Shown here: positions 51,601 to 62,475 of the stretch, piece by piece | How positions within the stretch are numbered: the stretch's first letter is position 1 | How the letters are laid out: every line of letters starts with the position of its first letter | Source of the DNA: a virus | Lineage: Duplodnaviria > Caudoviricetes | Strand: one strand, 5' to 3' | DNA length: 64,000 nucleotides | Virus record (IMG/VR): IMGVR_UViG_3300028048_000092 | Span: 1-64,000 of that record | Program-made: the position numbers and the translations under genes | The notes under the pieces: generated by a model | What the model was told of the DNA's origin: nothing | Databases searched by the model: none | Seen by the model: the letters and a program-made list of their open reading frames with translations, nothing else

Positions 51601-52833
51601 GATGGTATAGATGCTTAGCTCTGCAATCGTATAGGAGGAAGCTTCCCCGGAGGAGCCTGCAGCAATGTGGAAAAGTTCCTGAATGAGTAGGAACTTCGTT
51701 AGCTGTTTGGTTCTGCTGCTGCAGGAAACTGGAACTCTCATTTCTTCACTTATGCTGATTTGAACTATCCGAAGAGTCCTTTCGGAAAAGCTTGCGCAGA
51801 CAGTTATATAGGTGTCTCCGGGAGGACTGGGGGCAAAAACGCATCTTCACATGATGTTGCGCTGCTGATGCGGATGCAAAAACTGCCCAAGGCAGCTTCC
51901 AGGACAGCCTGGTATATCCAGAACTGCTATGTGACCTTTTATGACTAGGATGATGGATCTGAGATCCTTCCCGGCTGGCCCTACAGGGTGTATGATCAAG
52001 CTGTTGACTTTGGCTATTCTTTTTGTGTGGAAGGCTCTCCTTCCCAGATAACTTATCTTATAAATACGACAGAGAGCTTTACACCCTCTGATTAGGATGT
52101 ATTTGCCGCGCTTATTAATGGCTCAAGAACTACATTCCACATATAGATACCTCCTTATCTGGCAGGAGAAGGGCTCTCTCCAACGGATCTTACTAGAAGT
52201 ACTTTTCAGCTTGTATCTGTAAGGGACAGCAGGAAGTGGCTGAGCATTTCTGCTTCCACTTGGGATGGACGTTGCTATTTGGATGCTTACGGCGGGCTGC
52301 AGGTTACTACTGCAGATAACGGAAGCACTACTTGGAATTGTGAAACGCAGACATGTTATTGGGGATAGCAAACTACAGGAGATTGTGTTATTCCCACATT
52401 GGATATACTGCCCCACGGGGATTGCGATACAGAAACAGGTACCGTAGGCAGAAGCGGCTTTGGCAGATACCGCAGCCTGCTTAAAAATGCTTCTGACTCC
52501 GGTTATGCTCTAGTAAATACTTCCAGTATGCGTTTCTGTGATCTTCCTTAGGGGGTTTTTGCTGCGTTTCTTATAAGAGCCTTAGACAATTGGTACGACT
52601 TTCCAAGCAGCTATGCAAGGGTCTGTGATCAGAATTATTATAGAGCATCCAAAGATTGTATAGTCATACCTGTTCCCGCTAATCTTGAGGAGGGCGACTA
52701 GTATACTCTCAGTATAACTCATGATCTTTCAGATAGCACCACTTATGAATAGGAAGGAGATACTAGTTATCGTAAGTGCCATGTATAGATATAGCAGAAG
52801 TTCATTTTCCACTTGCCGACATAGTGGTACTGA
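48667..52833 (+). CDS. Giant Cys-rich hypothetical protein, TAG-recoded (1388 aa, about 50 in-frame TAG)
   Basis: One frame with no TAA or TGA for 4.2 kb; joins the listed fragments 50173, 50749 and 51760; ends in TGA followed by the RBS of the next gene. Confidence 0.85.
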
Positions 52834-52847
52834 TAAAGGAGAAATAA

Positions 52848-53579
52848 ATGCCCTGTTCTTGTAAACTAAAATCTTCAGATGTCAAATATGTTCCACCTAA
52901 GTCCCTTTAGGTTAAGCTCGCAGAAGTAAAATAGGTGCAGCCGGCAAAAGCTGCCTAGCCTTATGACTTCTCAGCTACTACAAAGCCGTCTTAGCTGTGC
53001 CTTAACTGTGTTTCCAAGCATCTGGGACTTGCCTATCTGTTCCTTAGATAGCAGCTCCCATACAAGCTGGTTTCCATAGGATAGCTGATGTGTGCTTCTT
53101 AGCACCTTTACAATATGCAGCTCCCCGAAGCAAATTATATGCACAGTCTTGCTTTGAAGCTCCTCAGAGATCCTGAAAATAAAGAAGTTCAGTCCCGGAT
53201 AGAAAAGGTCCTTCAGGATCTGTATGAAACTTCGCAGCTTCCCGGTATATAGTAGAGAGAAGAGGGGACTCCTTTGTAGGAATACCTTCTGACGTTATTG
53301 TTGGTATACTCTCTCGTATTTACTTAGATCATGTACTAGAAGAGCAACATTCCCTGGGCAGTCTCCCATCTTGCGCAGGCTTCCATATTCTATTTCGAAG
53401 CATCAAGAAACAGAGAACAGTTCCAAAGTACCAGAGAGATCTGGAAGCTTTTACAGGATATAAAAGATTTCAACAAGGAGTATTCTTCTGCCAAGTCCCG
53501 CCTGTGGAATTTTATAGAACAGCTCTACAACGAGTATAAGAAACAGAAGCAGCAAAAGGAGTCAATAATATCTCTCTAA
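52848..53579 (+). CDS. TAG-recoded hypothetical protein (243 aa) with CxxCxxKHL...IG*L..A..H motif
   Basis: AAGGAG RBS; open to TAA with about 12 TAG. Confidence 0.8.
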
Positions 53580-53672
53580 AGGAAATACGTAGTATTTCCA
53601 ATTAGAGATATTATTGGTATATCGAAAAAGTCCCTTATGACGGCTTCTTCTTTATAAACATCAGGAGATCTT

Positions 53673-54446
53673 ATGTTCTACATTAATATAGATACCAGAA
53701 AGTTTACAGTCCCTCCGGGAAGCGACTCCCATCCCCCGTATCCCAAGCCTCCCTGCAACTGTAATAAGGAGCGCCCTACTTTCCTTAATTATGGGAGATG
53801 CAAGCCCCAGAAAGAGATAGAGAAGCCGGAACTGATCTAGTTCCAGATTTCCGAGATCCCTGTAACGTTCCTTCATGAAGACGGAACTCCCTTCGATCTT
53901 ACAGGAGCGGAACTTCTACTGGCAGTAGATAATAACTTCAAGCACAGTGACTCTCTCATAGCACTTGATCCGCAGGGTGTAGTTACAGATGCGCTTGCTG
54001 GCCAGGCCTCTTTTGCTGTAGTCACCGATTCCATGAAGCTTCATCGTTTGGTACAGGCCAAGATCCCTGCTTCCCAGGTAATGATGTAGATCATCATGTA
54101 TCCACAGGGAAGCCCCTGGGGGAAGATGCTGCTGCACGACAACGGCATCAATCTTATTCCAAGAATGTATTCCGATAATGAATCTCCAAGGGAAACTCCT
54201 TAGAACTATTATACCAAGACACAGATGAGATCCATTCTGAAGAACTATCAGAAAGTGGACTCCGACTCTTCCACAGGTATGATAATCAACGGATAGGGGG
54301 TTCCCGGCGATGATATAGGCATGCCTGGAGACTTTTATGTAGATACCCTTTAGAGCAAGCTTTACTTTAAAAAAACTGACGACTGGGTCTTTATAGGCTA
54401 CCTCTCGACGGGGCTGCCTCAAATAGAATATGATGTAATTTAGTGA
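53673..54446 (+). CDS. TAG-recoded baseplate/tail protein (BppU-like N-terminal domain, 257 aa)
   Basis: DGTPFDLTGAEL...DALAG...M*I and G.GVP...G.PGDFYVD...LY.K...W motifs; ends TAG-TGA. Confidence 0.75.
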
Positions 54447-54457
54447 AAGGAACCATT

Positions 54458-55105
54458 ATGGCCGACAAAAACATCCAACTTAAAGACAGAAACGAAAATC
54501 TTCTTTTTCCACGGGTAAAACTTACCAATGCTGTAAATGACATTGGTTTTATTACTTCGGCGGAAGTCAGCAGCAATTATGCTACCAAATCGGAGATCGC
54601 TGACATCATCTCTGCAAAACTCAGCAGAGTCGTTGTCGATGCTCTCCCGACAGAAGACATCCAGACCAACACCATCTACATGGTCCCAAACGGAGGAAGT
54701 AACTCCTCCAACGTTTACACCGAATATCTCTACACTAACAACAAGTGGGAGATCATCGGAAGCACCGATACGGACCTGACCGGTTATGCTACCGAGACTT
54801 ATGTCAGCAATTATGTTGCTTCGCAGGGCTTTGCCACTGAAACTTATGTCAGTGACTATGTTGGCTCTCAGGGCTTTGCTACTCAGTCCTGGGTCACCAG
54901 CCAGAATTATGCAACTGAAAGCTATGTGAGCTCCACCTATGCTCCGATCAGCAATGCTGCTCTCGAAGGCACCCCGACCGCTCCGAATATCACCAGCGAG
55001 TCCTCCGGAACTCAGATCGCAAACAAGAACTATGTTGAAGGCTATGTCAACGACATGTTCCTTGCGCAGAACCTTGTTTACGTCGTTCTCTCCGACTCTC
55101 TGTAA
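54458..55105 (+). CDS. Tail/head fibre-type protein with ATETYV repeats (no TAG)
   Basis: VVDALPT.DI..NTIYMV...YTEY.Y....WE.IG.T..DLTGYA, ATExYV repeats, LEGTPTAP. Confidence 0.8.
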   Translation: MADKNIQLKDRNENLLFPRVKLTNAVNDIGFITSAEVSSNYATKSEIADIISAKLSRVVVDALPTEDIQTNTIYMVPNGGSNSSNVYTEYLYTNNKWEIIGSTDTDLTGYATETYVSNYVASQGFATETYVSDYVGSQGFATQSWVTSQNYATESYVSSTYAPISNAALEGTPTAPNITSESSGTQIANKNYVEGYVNDMFLAQNLVYVVLSDSL

Positions 55106-55127
55106 TAACTGAGCAGGAAACAGCTAG

Positions 55128-56663
55128 ATGTCCAATATTCAGATACACTCTTATACAGGATAGGATCTATATCCCCGTATCAAGACCAGCAATGTTATAA
55201 ATGATGCGGGCTTTTTAGCTGTTTCCGATTCAGGCTCATAGGGAGCTATACTGCTGCTTACTTCATAGGGACCCAGGTGGAGTAAGCCGCAGTTTATATC
55301 CAACTACATAGAAATAACTTCCGTATCCGATTCAAAGATCTTTTTACAGGGAAGCAATATTCCAGTGGGAGTGGAAACTTCCCTTGGCAATTACTATCCT
55401 ATTTAGAAGCGATCCCTTGTCATCGACTCCGATTCCATACAGATAAGTATCGATCCTTATCTTGCTTATGACGGGACAGCTTCTTTTGTTCCTCCCTGGA
55501 AGGTTTGGTTTTCCAGTGCCCCGGTCATTGTGGAGGGAGGAGCTTCCAATACACAGAAAATAATCAAGTTCCCAGGGGGTGCTTCAGGGTGGGCCTTCAA
55601 GCCCCTTCCCAATAGAGTCTATTATTATGATCTTATAGACAGCATTTCCGATTCTCTTGAAATAGACTTTCAGACAGCCGCCTTTTCCGATTCCACTTAG
55701 CAGTTCAACTTTGAAATGCAGATCGTACAAGGCGCTGTATATAATAGTAAAAATCTTATATGGAACACTTAGAAGGAGCTTCTGTGGAAAGCAGGAAGCA
55801 CCTTCTCAAGTTCCAATTCAGCACCTGCTTTGGATTTGAAGGCACTGCACTGTTTTGACTTCAGGTGGGACGGTCAGCGGCTGCTCGGAGAGATGGCATA
55901 CAAGATCTCCGATGTGGGTGCTTAGCAGAAGCCTCTAAGGCTGACAGCACAGGCTGCAAATTCTTCCGTTACACTCAATTGGGTGGACTCTTCAGGAAGT
56001 GTTACTCCTCAGGCAGAGCTTTATTACAGAACAGCAGGAACTTAGTGGACTTCTTATACAATAGGAACTTAGCTGCAGCTTACTTCTACAGGAGACTGGG
56101 TGTAGTTCTGGAACAGCGCAAACAAGTTCTCCTATTCCACTGCAGCCTATTATCAGTTTGCCATGCAGGGTGTTATTGCGGCTTCCGGGAACATCATGTC
56201 CCTGCTGAATTATGGAAGTATGAAAGGGGCTGCTTTTGCATACTTGTTCAATGGTTGTGATTCTCTTACAACTGCTCCTGAGCTTCCTGCCACTGTCCTA
56301 GCGAGCAGCTGCTACTTTGCGATGTTTCGTACCTGCACGTCTCTTATTGTTGCACCTGTGTTGCCGGCATCTGTCTTATATAATAACTGTTATCAGTCAA
56401 TGTTCCGCGGATGTACTTCTTTGACCGCTGTTCCATTGCTGTTTGCCAAGGCTCTTGTAAAAGGATGCTGTGCTTATATGTGCTATAGCTGTACTTCTCT
56501 AAATGCTGTAACAGTTGCGTTTGACACCTGGGAAGACAATACCACTACCAGCTGGTTGTCCACTGTGGCCGCTTCAGGTACCTTCACTTGTCCTTATGGG
56601 CTGTCCGATGAAGTGAGAGATACGAGCCATATTCCTTCCGGATGGACCGTTGTAAGAGTTTGA
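55128..56663 (+). CDS. TAG-recoded tail-associated protein with C-terminal BspA-type leucine-rich repeats (511 aa)
   Basis: N-terminus paralogous to 56736; LTTAPELPAT.LA..CY..MF..CTSL repeats. Confidence 0.82.
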
Positions 56664-56849
56664 CAATATGAGCAATATGTATATACTATCCCAGAAAGAT
56701 ATTCTTCGGGCATTCATTGAATAAGAGAGGCATAGATGTCTAATAACATACAACTACAGTCTATTTTCGGGAAGCCTTTGTATCCCCGTATCAAGACCAG
56801 CAATGTTATAAATGATGCGGGCTTTTTAGCTGTTTCCGATTCAGGCTCA
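55170..56849 (+). repeat. Identical 69-bp direct repeat (55170-55238 and 56781-56849) in paralogous tail-gene N-termini
   Basis: TATCCCCGTATCAAGACC...GATTCAGGCTCA in both; followed by TAG in one copy and GAA in the other. Confidence 0.9.
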
Positions 56850-58649
56850 GAAGGGCAGTTCCTGATACAGACTGCGGAAGGACCCAAGTGGGTAACTATA
56901 TAGCAGTCGCAGCTGTAGTCCAATTACAGATACTTCTCTCAAGCCCCTCAAAACCTTGTTACTTTTCAAGGGCTGAGCATTCCGGTTGGGGTAGAGGCAC
57001 CTTCCGGCAATTATTATCCTGTTGAAAAGAACTCTTTATCTATAGGTTCCAGCAGTGTCACCCTTGACATCACTGCCTATCTTGCTTATTAGGACACGCC
57101 TTCTATCAGCGGGCTTTGGAGAGCGTGGTTCTCCTCGGGAGGCACGCTTTCCGACAGCTTCTCTTTGAGTGACTATTATACCAAGTCTCAAGTGGATGAG
57201 CTTATTGCAGGGAACATTACGGAACGTACAGCTTTTGTGCCCTTTTCCAGTGTTACCAACAATAAAGTGACCTTTACAGGCTGCGGCATTCCTACCGGGG
57301 TGCTTACTCCTTCAGGCAGCTATTACAGCATATAGAAGAGCAGTGTGGAATATAATAAGCAGCTTGGCAGGACTGTATTGGATGTTTCTGCTTATTTAGC
57401 TTATTAGGACATGGCTTCTTTTTCAGGTACCTGGACAGCATGCTTCCCTACAGGTATAATAGGAAGCAACAGCAGCGGGTACTATACCAAGCAAGAGGTG
57501 GATGACCTCTTTGCACAGCTCTCAGACAGTATCCAGAATACTTATTACACTAAGAGTGAAGTAAACGGCTTTATCGATGCACTGTCGGACTCTATAGACG
57601 CAGTGAATACCAAGTTCTCCAGCTATTACACCAAGAGCGAGATGGATGAGAAGCTGCAGCGTAATAATATGCCCATCGGGACTATATTCTACTATCCTTC
57701 TTCAGTTCCACCAGAAGGAGCGTTTTTGTTGAATGGGCAGGTAATTTATAATTGCAATACACTATATCCCGATTTTTGGGAGTGGCTTGTTACAAATATT
57801 TCTGCAAGTAATATAAGGTCGTTGTCAGCTTCTTCTTATTAGGCATAGTTATCATCTAGAGGATTTTGTGGGGCGTTTACTGTTAACAGCAGTACAGGCG
57901 CTGTCAGACTGCCTTGTCTTACAAATGCTTTTATACAAGGAAATGATAGTAATATTGGAGCTTCTATCGCTCCAGGCCTGCCGGATATTCAAGGTGAACT
58001 GCAGGCCACTTATTCAGTTTTCCGTGGAAGTGCTTCAGGTGCGCTTACCTACGCAAGTACCTAGACGCAGCTGTCGTCTCCGACTTTCCCGCAGACAGCT
58101 GTTACACAACGAGTAAAGTTTAAAGCAAGAAATTATAATACTATCTACGGCAATTCAACTACAGTACAGCCCCCTGCCGTAAAGTACTCTGTCTGTATCC
58201 AGGTATTCAATACTGCCCTGTCTCTCTCCAATCAAGTTTCTGCGCAGCTTGCTACAGAGTTGCAAAGCAAGGCCGGGATAAACGCAGAGAATTTCACTGC
58301 GACAGGAAAAGATAGCCTAATCAACATTATGTCTGATTTTGCCCCAACTCAGGTCACATCTGTTGCTGCATTGAATACATATTATACAGCCACCAAAGCT
58401 GGAATTTTGTATGCTTCTTTTACAAATAGTGTAAATGCTACTACAGATTGTTATATTGTAGCTGCAATAACTGAACCCAATGTTACTACATCTTATTATT
58501 ACTCTGGAGGATATGTAGCTGCCAGTCACACTCAAAGACATAGCCTGTTTATACCGAAAGGACAGCGATATAGGGTAGACGCAGGCAATGCAAATATAAC
58601 CTGGTCTGCTTTTTTTATCCCCCTTAGAAACTCCATAGCAACCAGCTGA
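56736..58649 (+). CDS. TAG-recoded tail fibre protein with tail-collar domain (637 aa)
   Basis: YYTK repeats, MPIGTIFYY....PEGAFLLNGQ, VRLP, GLPDI.G, IYGNSTTVQPPAV. Confidence 0.85.
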
Positions 58650-58657
58650 GGTGACTC

Positions 58658-59104
58658 ATGATTTACATCACATATGACATCGAAACAGGTGCTGTAGATG
58701 ATACAGCCTATGCCACTATAGATATAATCCCAGAGGGCAAAGCTTATCTGCCTCTTATGGAAGAGACCTGGAACAGCGCCCAGGGAAAGCTTATGAGAGT
58801 AGAGGACGGGCAGTTCATTTGCACAGATCCTCCGCCAACTGTGGCAGACTATGACAAAGCTATGGAAGACCATCTTGCAGCAGAAAGAGCAGCAAGGGGC
58901 TACACCATAAGAGAGCCTTCAGATTACAAAGACAGTTCCGTAGAGAGATGGAATCAGGATGCAATTGACTGGATCTCCCACAGAGACGCTGTAATGCTTT
59001 ACGGACTTGAAGTAATGAATCATTATGCAGAGACAGGAGAAGCCCCTTCCCTGCAATAGTTCAAATAGAACCTTCCCGTTATAACTTGGTCATATGAGGT
59101 ATAA
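58658..59104 (+). CDS. TAG-recoded tail fibre assembly/chaperone-like protein (148 aa)
   Basis: HL...R..RGY...Y..S....W..DA..W...RD.V...PSLQ*FK*NLP.I.W; follows the tail fibre gene. Confidence 0.75.
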
Positions 59105-59106
59105 GA

Positions 59107-60585
59107 ATGGAATATATCTTCACAGATTTACCTAGATATGTAAAGGTCACTGACAGAAGCCGTTTCAGCAATGCAGTGATCCACGATGGGTATGTACTTT
59201 TGTTCTCTTAGGATGGACAGTCACTTACTGCAAAGCTTCCCAACGGTAGTTTCGTAAATGTGGGAGGAAGCGACTCCTTCTCATTCTCTCAGGTGACTGC
59301 AACTGCTTCGGATGTGCTCGCAGGAAAGTTCTTCCACAACTCCTCCGGTATCCTTGTAGAAGGTACTATACAGACAGTCACAGCAGCTGTGAACGCCAAT
59401 AAGATCGTTATTCCCAGAGGCTTTATAGAATCCGATTCCATTACGATCCCTTAGGCTGATCCTCTTACAGTCTCCGGCAATACCGTTACAGTGCCTGTCG
59501 GTTATATAGCTTCCCAGAGAGTCGCCCAGATAGCTTAGGGAGGACCTGTTACTGTATCAGATAACCTGGTGCACATTCCGGCAGGCTGGAGAGCCGCATC
59601 AGACTCCGTTACAGTTGGTACACTGCAGGAGTCTTAGAGTTACACTCCGGGGACTTCTGATCAAGTTATTCCGGCAGGCACTTATTTGGCAGGTGCACAG
59701 GTGATCCTGGGAGATGCGAATCTTATTTCTGGAAACATTGCTTCTGGGGTTACTATTTTCGGTGTACAGGGAACACATCAGGGAGGCACTTCTCTAAGGG
59801 CTGGTGTGCTGGTCTCTGACAGCGGCACACTTAAAGTGCAACCTCTTAGCTTTGACGGCACAATCCCCAGTGACAGTGGAACTTTGGAGAGCCTTTCTGA
59901 TTCATCTCTATTGATCTTTGAGACAGGACATCCTGAGCCTGCTTATGACGGATAGGGAAGCACATCTGGAGATAACCCATTTTAGCTGGTAGATTATATA
60001 CAGTCAACCGGAACCCAGTACATAGATACAGGCTATTATCCTAAAGCTAATTCAAAGTTTGAATTGCTTGCAAATGTTGACTCTGATAATACAAGTTATG
60101 TATGTCCTTTTGGAACTAGAGAAGGAACTGCTGGATATGCCAAAGAAAAACCCGCTTTGATATTTTTAAAATTTGATAGTGTTAATAAGTTAAATGCTGC
60201 ATGGGGCAGTGATGATTATCAACTTTATTCCACAGAAAAATTCTTTAATACCAAGTGCGCGTATTCTTTATCTTCCGGATATGTATCCTTAAAAACAGAA
60301 AATTTAAGTAACTGTATTGCTTATTCATTTACTGGAGGTTCAGTTACTGACAGTAGACCTATGTATTTGTTTGTTTTATTGAATGGCAGTTCTCCTGATA
60401 TCGATTGGACTATCTGTAGTATGAAATTATATAGGTTTAGAATCTCTGAAGGGGATGCTTTAGTGCATTAGTTTATTCCATGGACGGATTCTCAAAATAT
60501 AGTATGTCTGAAAGATACAGTCACCGGGGACTTGAAGTATAATATCGGTTCCGGCTCTTTTACTAGAGGCCGTGATAGTAATTAA
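59107..60585 (+). CDS. TAG-recoded tail fibre/receptor-binding protein (492 aa)
   Basis: TATASDVLAGK, IP.G repeats, GDANL..GNI.SGVTIFGV.GT, YIQSTGTQYIDTG, KLYRFRI...LVH*FIP. Confidence 0.82.
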
Positions 60586-60600
60586 TAAGGACCCTTTTAC

Positions 60601-61512
60601 ATGAACATAACAGATTCTAATTTAGTTCCCGTTACAGCGCAGCCTAAGGCTGGGCAGCGTGTTATATAGATAGCTCCTGGAAAATGGATCCCTGTGGGCC
60701 TTGGAGGAAAGTTCCCTCCCGTTGCTGCTTCTTCCGACAGCACACTTTTGGCACTCGAAGCAGGGTACATCGATGAGAATGGCAACTTCCAGCCGCTCTC
60801 CTTTAATGGTACTTAGGCAAGCGACTCCGGGAATGCTGTAGAGGGACTATAGCACAAGATCTTCAATACAGGACATGAAGAGCCTGATTATGGTGGCTCT
60901 GGTGGTTCTGGTATTCAATTGCCTAGCGATGCTTGTTTCTATCTGCCTCTTTCTACTGATGTGACAACACAAACCGGACAAGCAACAACAGCGACTGGTA
61001 TAACTTTTAACACTTAGGCAGGTATTACTGCTGCTGTGTTTGATGGCGAAGGGTATATAAGCTTCTCTGACTCAGGCTTACCTGAAGATACTTCAGCTAG
61101 ATCCTTTTCGTTTTGGTTCAAAAGAACCTCTTCTATTGACGATAATGTTGTTATTAATTACGGTGTGGATGCTATTAGAAAGCGCTTTGGTATTTTTTTA
61201 GCCGATACAGGACTCACCGTAGGTATAGGTGGTGGTTACAGTGTAAGTATTACACATGCTTTTGCTGCTAATAGGTGGTACAACATAGTTGTAATATATG
61301 CTGATGGTTTTATTAATTTGTGTGTTGATGGTGGATAGATTCGCAGTGTGGAGGCGCCTTATTTTTCCACGGAACTGACAGGAACAGGTTACATAGGTTA
61401 TCGCAATGGAACCACGTTAAACGGAATGCTGGCAGGTGTCAGAGTATTTAATCGGGCACTTACGGCTGCAGATATATACGCTTTAGCTCGTGAATTTGTT
61501 CCCACCGCTTGA
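60601..61512 (+). CDS. TAG-recoded LamG/concanavalin-like virion protein (303 aa)
   Basis: FDG, SFSFWFK, WYNIVVIY, VDG, RVFNRALT. Confidence 0.82.
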
Positions 61513-61527
61513 TAAAGGATCCTTCAT

Positions 61528-61878
61528 ATGAACTTAACAGAATCTAATTTAATTACTTTAAATACAGAGCTTAAACAAGGTCAGCGCTGTATCCGCATAG
61601 GTAACAGCATAATTCCTGTTGGAGTAGGTGGAAGCTTTGCTCCGGGCAGTGACTCCACTATTCCATAGGCAGCCGATGTCATCCTCGGTGTAGTGGATGC
61701 CCAGGGAAAGTTCCAGCCCTTCAAGTTTAATGGTACAGAAGCCTCCGATTCAGGATAGCCTATTACAGTCTCTTAGTACAAGAGCTGGAACAGCACTTTG
61801 CCTGCGCCCACACCAAGCCCTTCCGGCGGCATGGACGATCTTTAGTTCTTTGATTGGTATACAATTTTATCTAAATAA
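61528..61878 (+). CDS. TAG-recoded protein paralogous to the N-terminus of 60601 (116 aa)
   Basis: MN.T.SNL...GQR.I...IPVG.GG.F...FQP..FNGT.ASDSG. Confidence 0.78.
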
Positions 61879-61890
61879 GGAGTTTTGAAA

Positions 61891-62187
61891 ATGGATGTTA
61901 AAAGATTTGATGTTGTAACGAACGCGAGTGACTCCGCTTCTATCTGCACTGTTCCTTCCGGGAAAGCTTACACAGTGACAGGATTTACTATTGTGGAAAC
62001 TGAAGGCAACTCAGGGGAAATTACACTGAAAGTAGGAAACCAGATCATCGGGCAGTTCGGAGTGTCCGGACCAGATACTATTTATCCTGTCACCAATGTT
62101 AATTTGACTGCTTCTTAGACACTTAAAGTAGATTGCTCTATATCTGGTGTTTATGTCACCGCTTCTGTTGTGGAAAGGGATGTGTAA
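61891..62187 (+). CDS. TAG-recoded small beta-sandwich virion protein (98 aa)
   Basis: TVPSGK.Y...NLTAS*TLKV; TAA overlaps the next ATG. Confidence 0.75.
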
Positions 62188-62474
62188 TGAGCGGGACACT
62201 GGGAGCGATTCGCCGGGAACGGCAAAGAAGGGAAGAAGTTCTCCGCAAGGCTCAGGCGGAAGCCGATAAGCGGCAGTCTCTTGAGCTGAACCGCGAGGCT
62301 GTCATTGCGGAGATTTGCGAGGCTTTCGGCTGGACGGAACTGGATGAGTTCGCCCGGAAGATGATCGATGACGCTTTCGCCGGGCAGCTGGTAGACGTGA
62401 AGCAACTAAAAAAAGACCTTGCCAAGTGGAAAGAAGAACAGGAGCATCCGCAGGAGTCTCCGAAGGAGGAATAA
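62187..62474 (+). CDS. Charged helical hypothetical protein (no TAG)
   Basis: TAATG coupling; higher GC. Confidence 0.65.
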   Translation: MSGTLGAIRRERQRREEVLRKAQAEADKRQSLELNREAVIAEICEAFGWTELDEFARKMIDDAFAGQLVDVKQLKKDLAKWKEEQEHPQESPKEE

Positions 62475-62475
62475 C

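Noticed and set aside
44282-62187. TAG=Gln (genetic code 15), the usual phage amber recoding
   Set aside because: The best-conserved TAG positions align with Glu (GAA in paralogs; the AERF and PLQER motifs of Aah/TibC), and conserved Gln sites use CAA/CAG.
44282-62187. Pseudogene decay or a G-to-T sequencing artefact as the source of the stops
   Set aside because: Only TAG interrupts the frames. No GAA-to-TAA or GGA-to-TGA interruptions and no frameshifts were seen over about 18 kb, on either strand.
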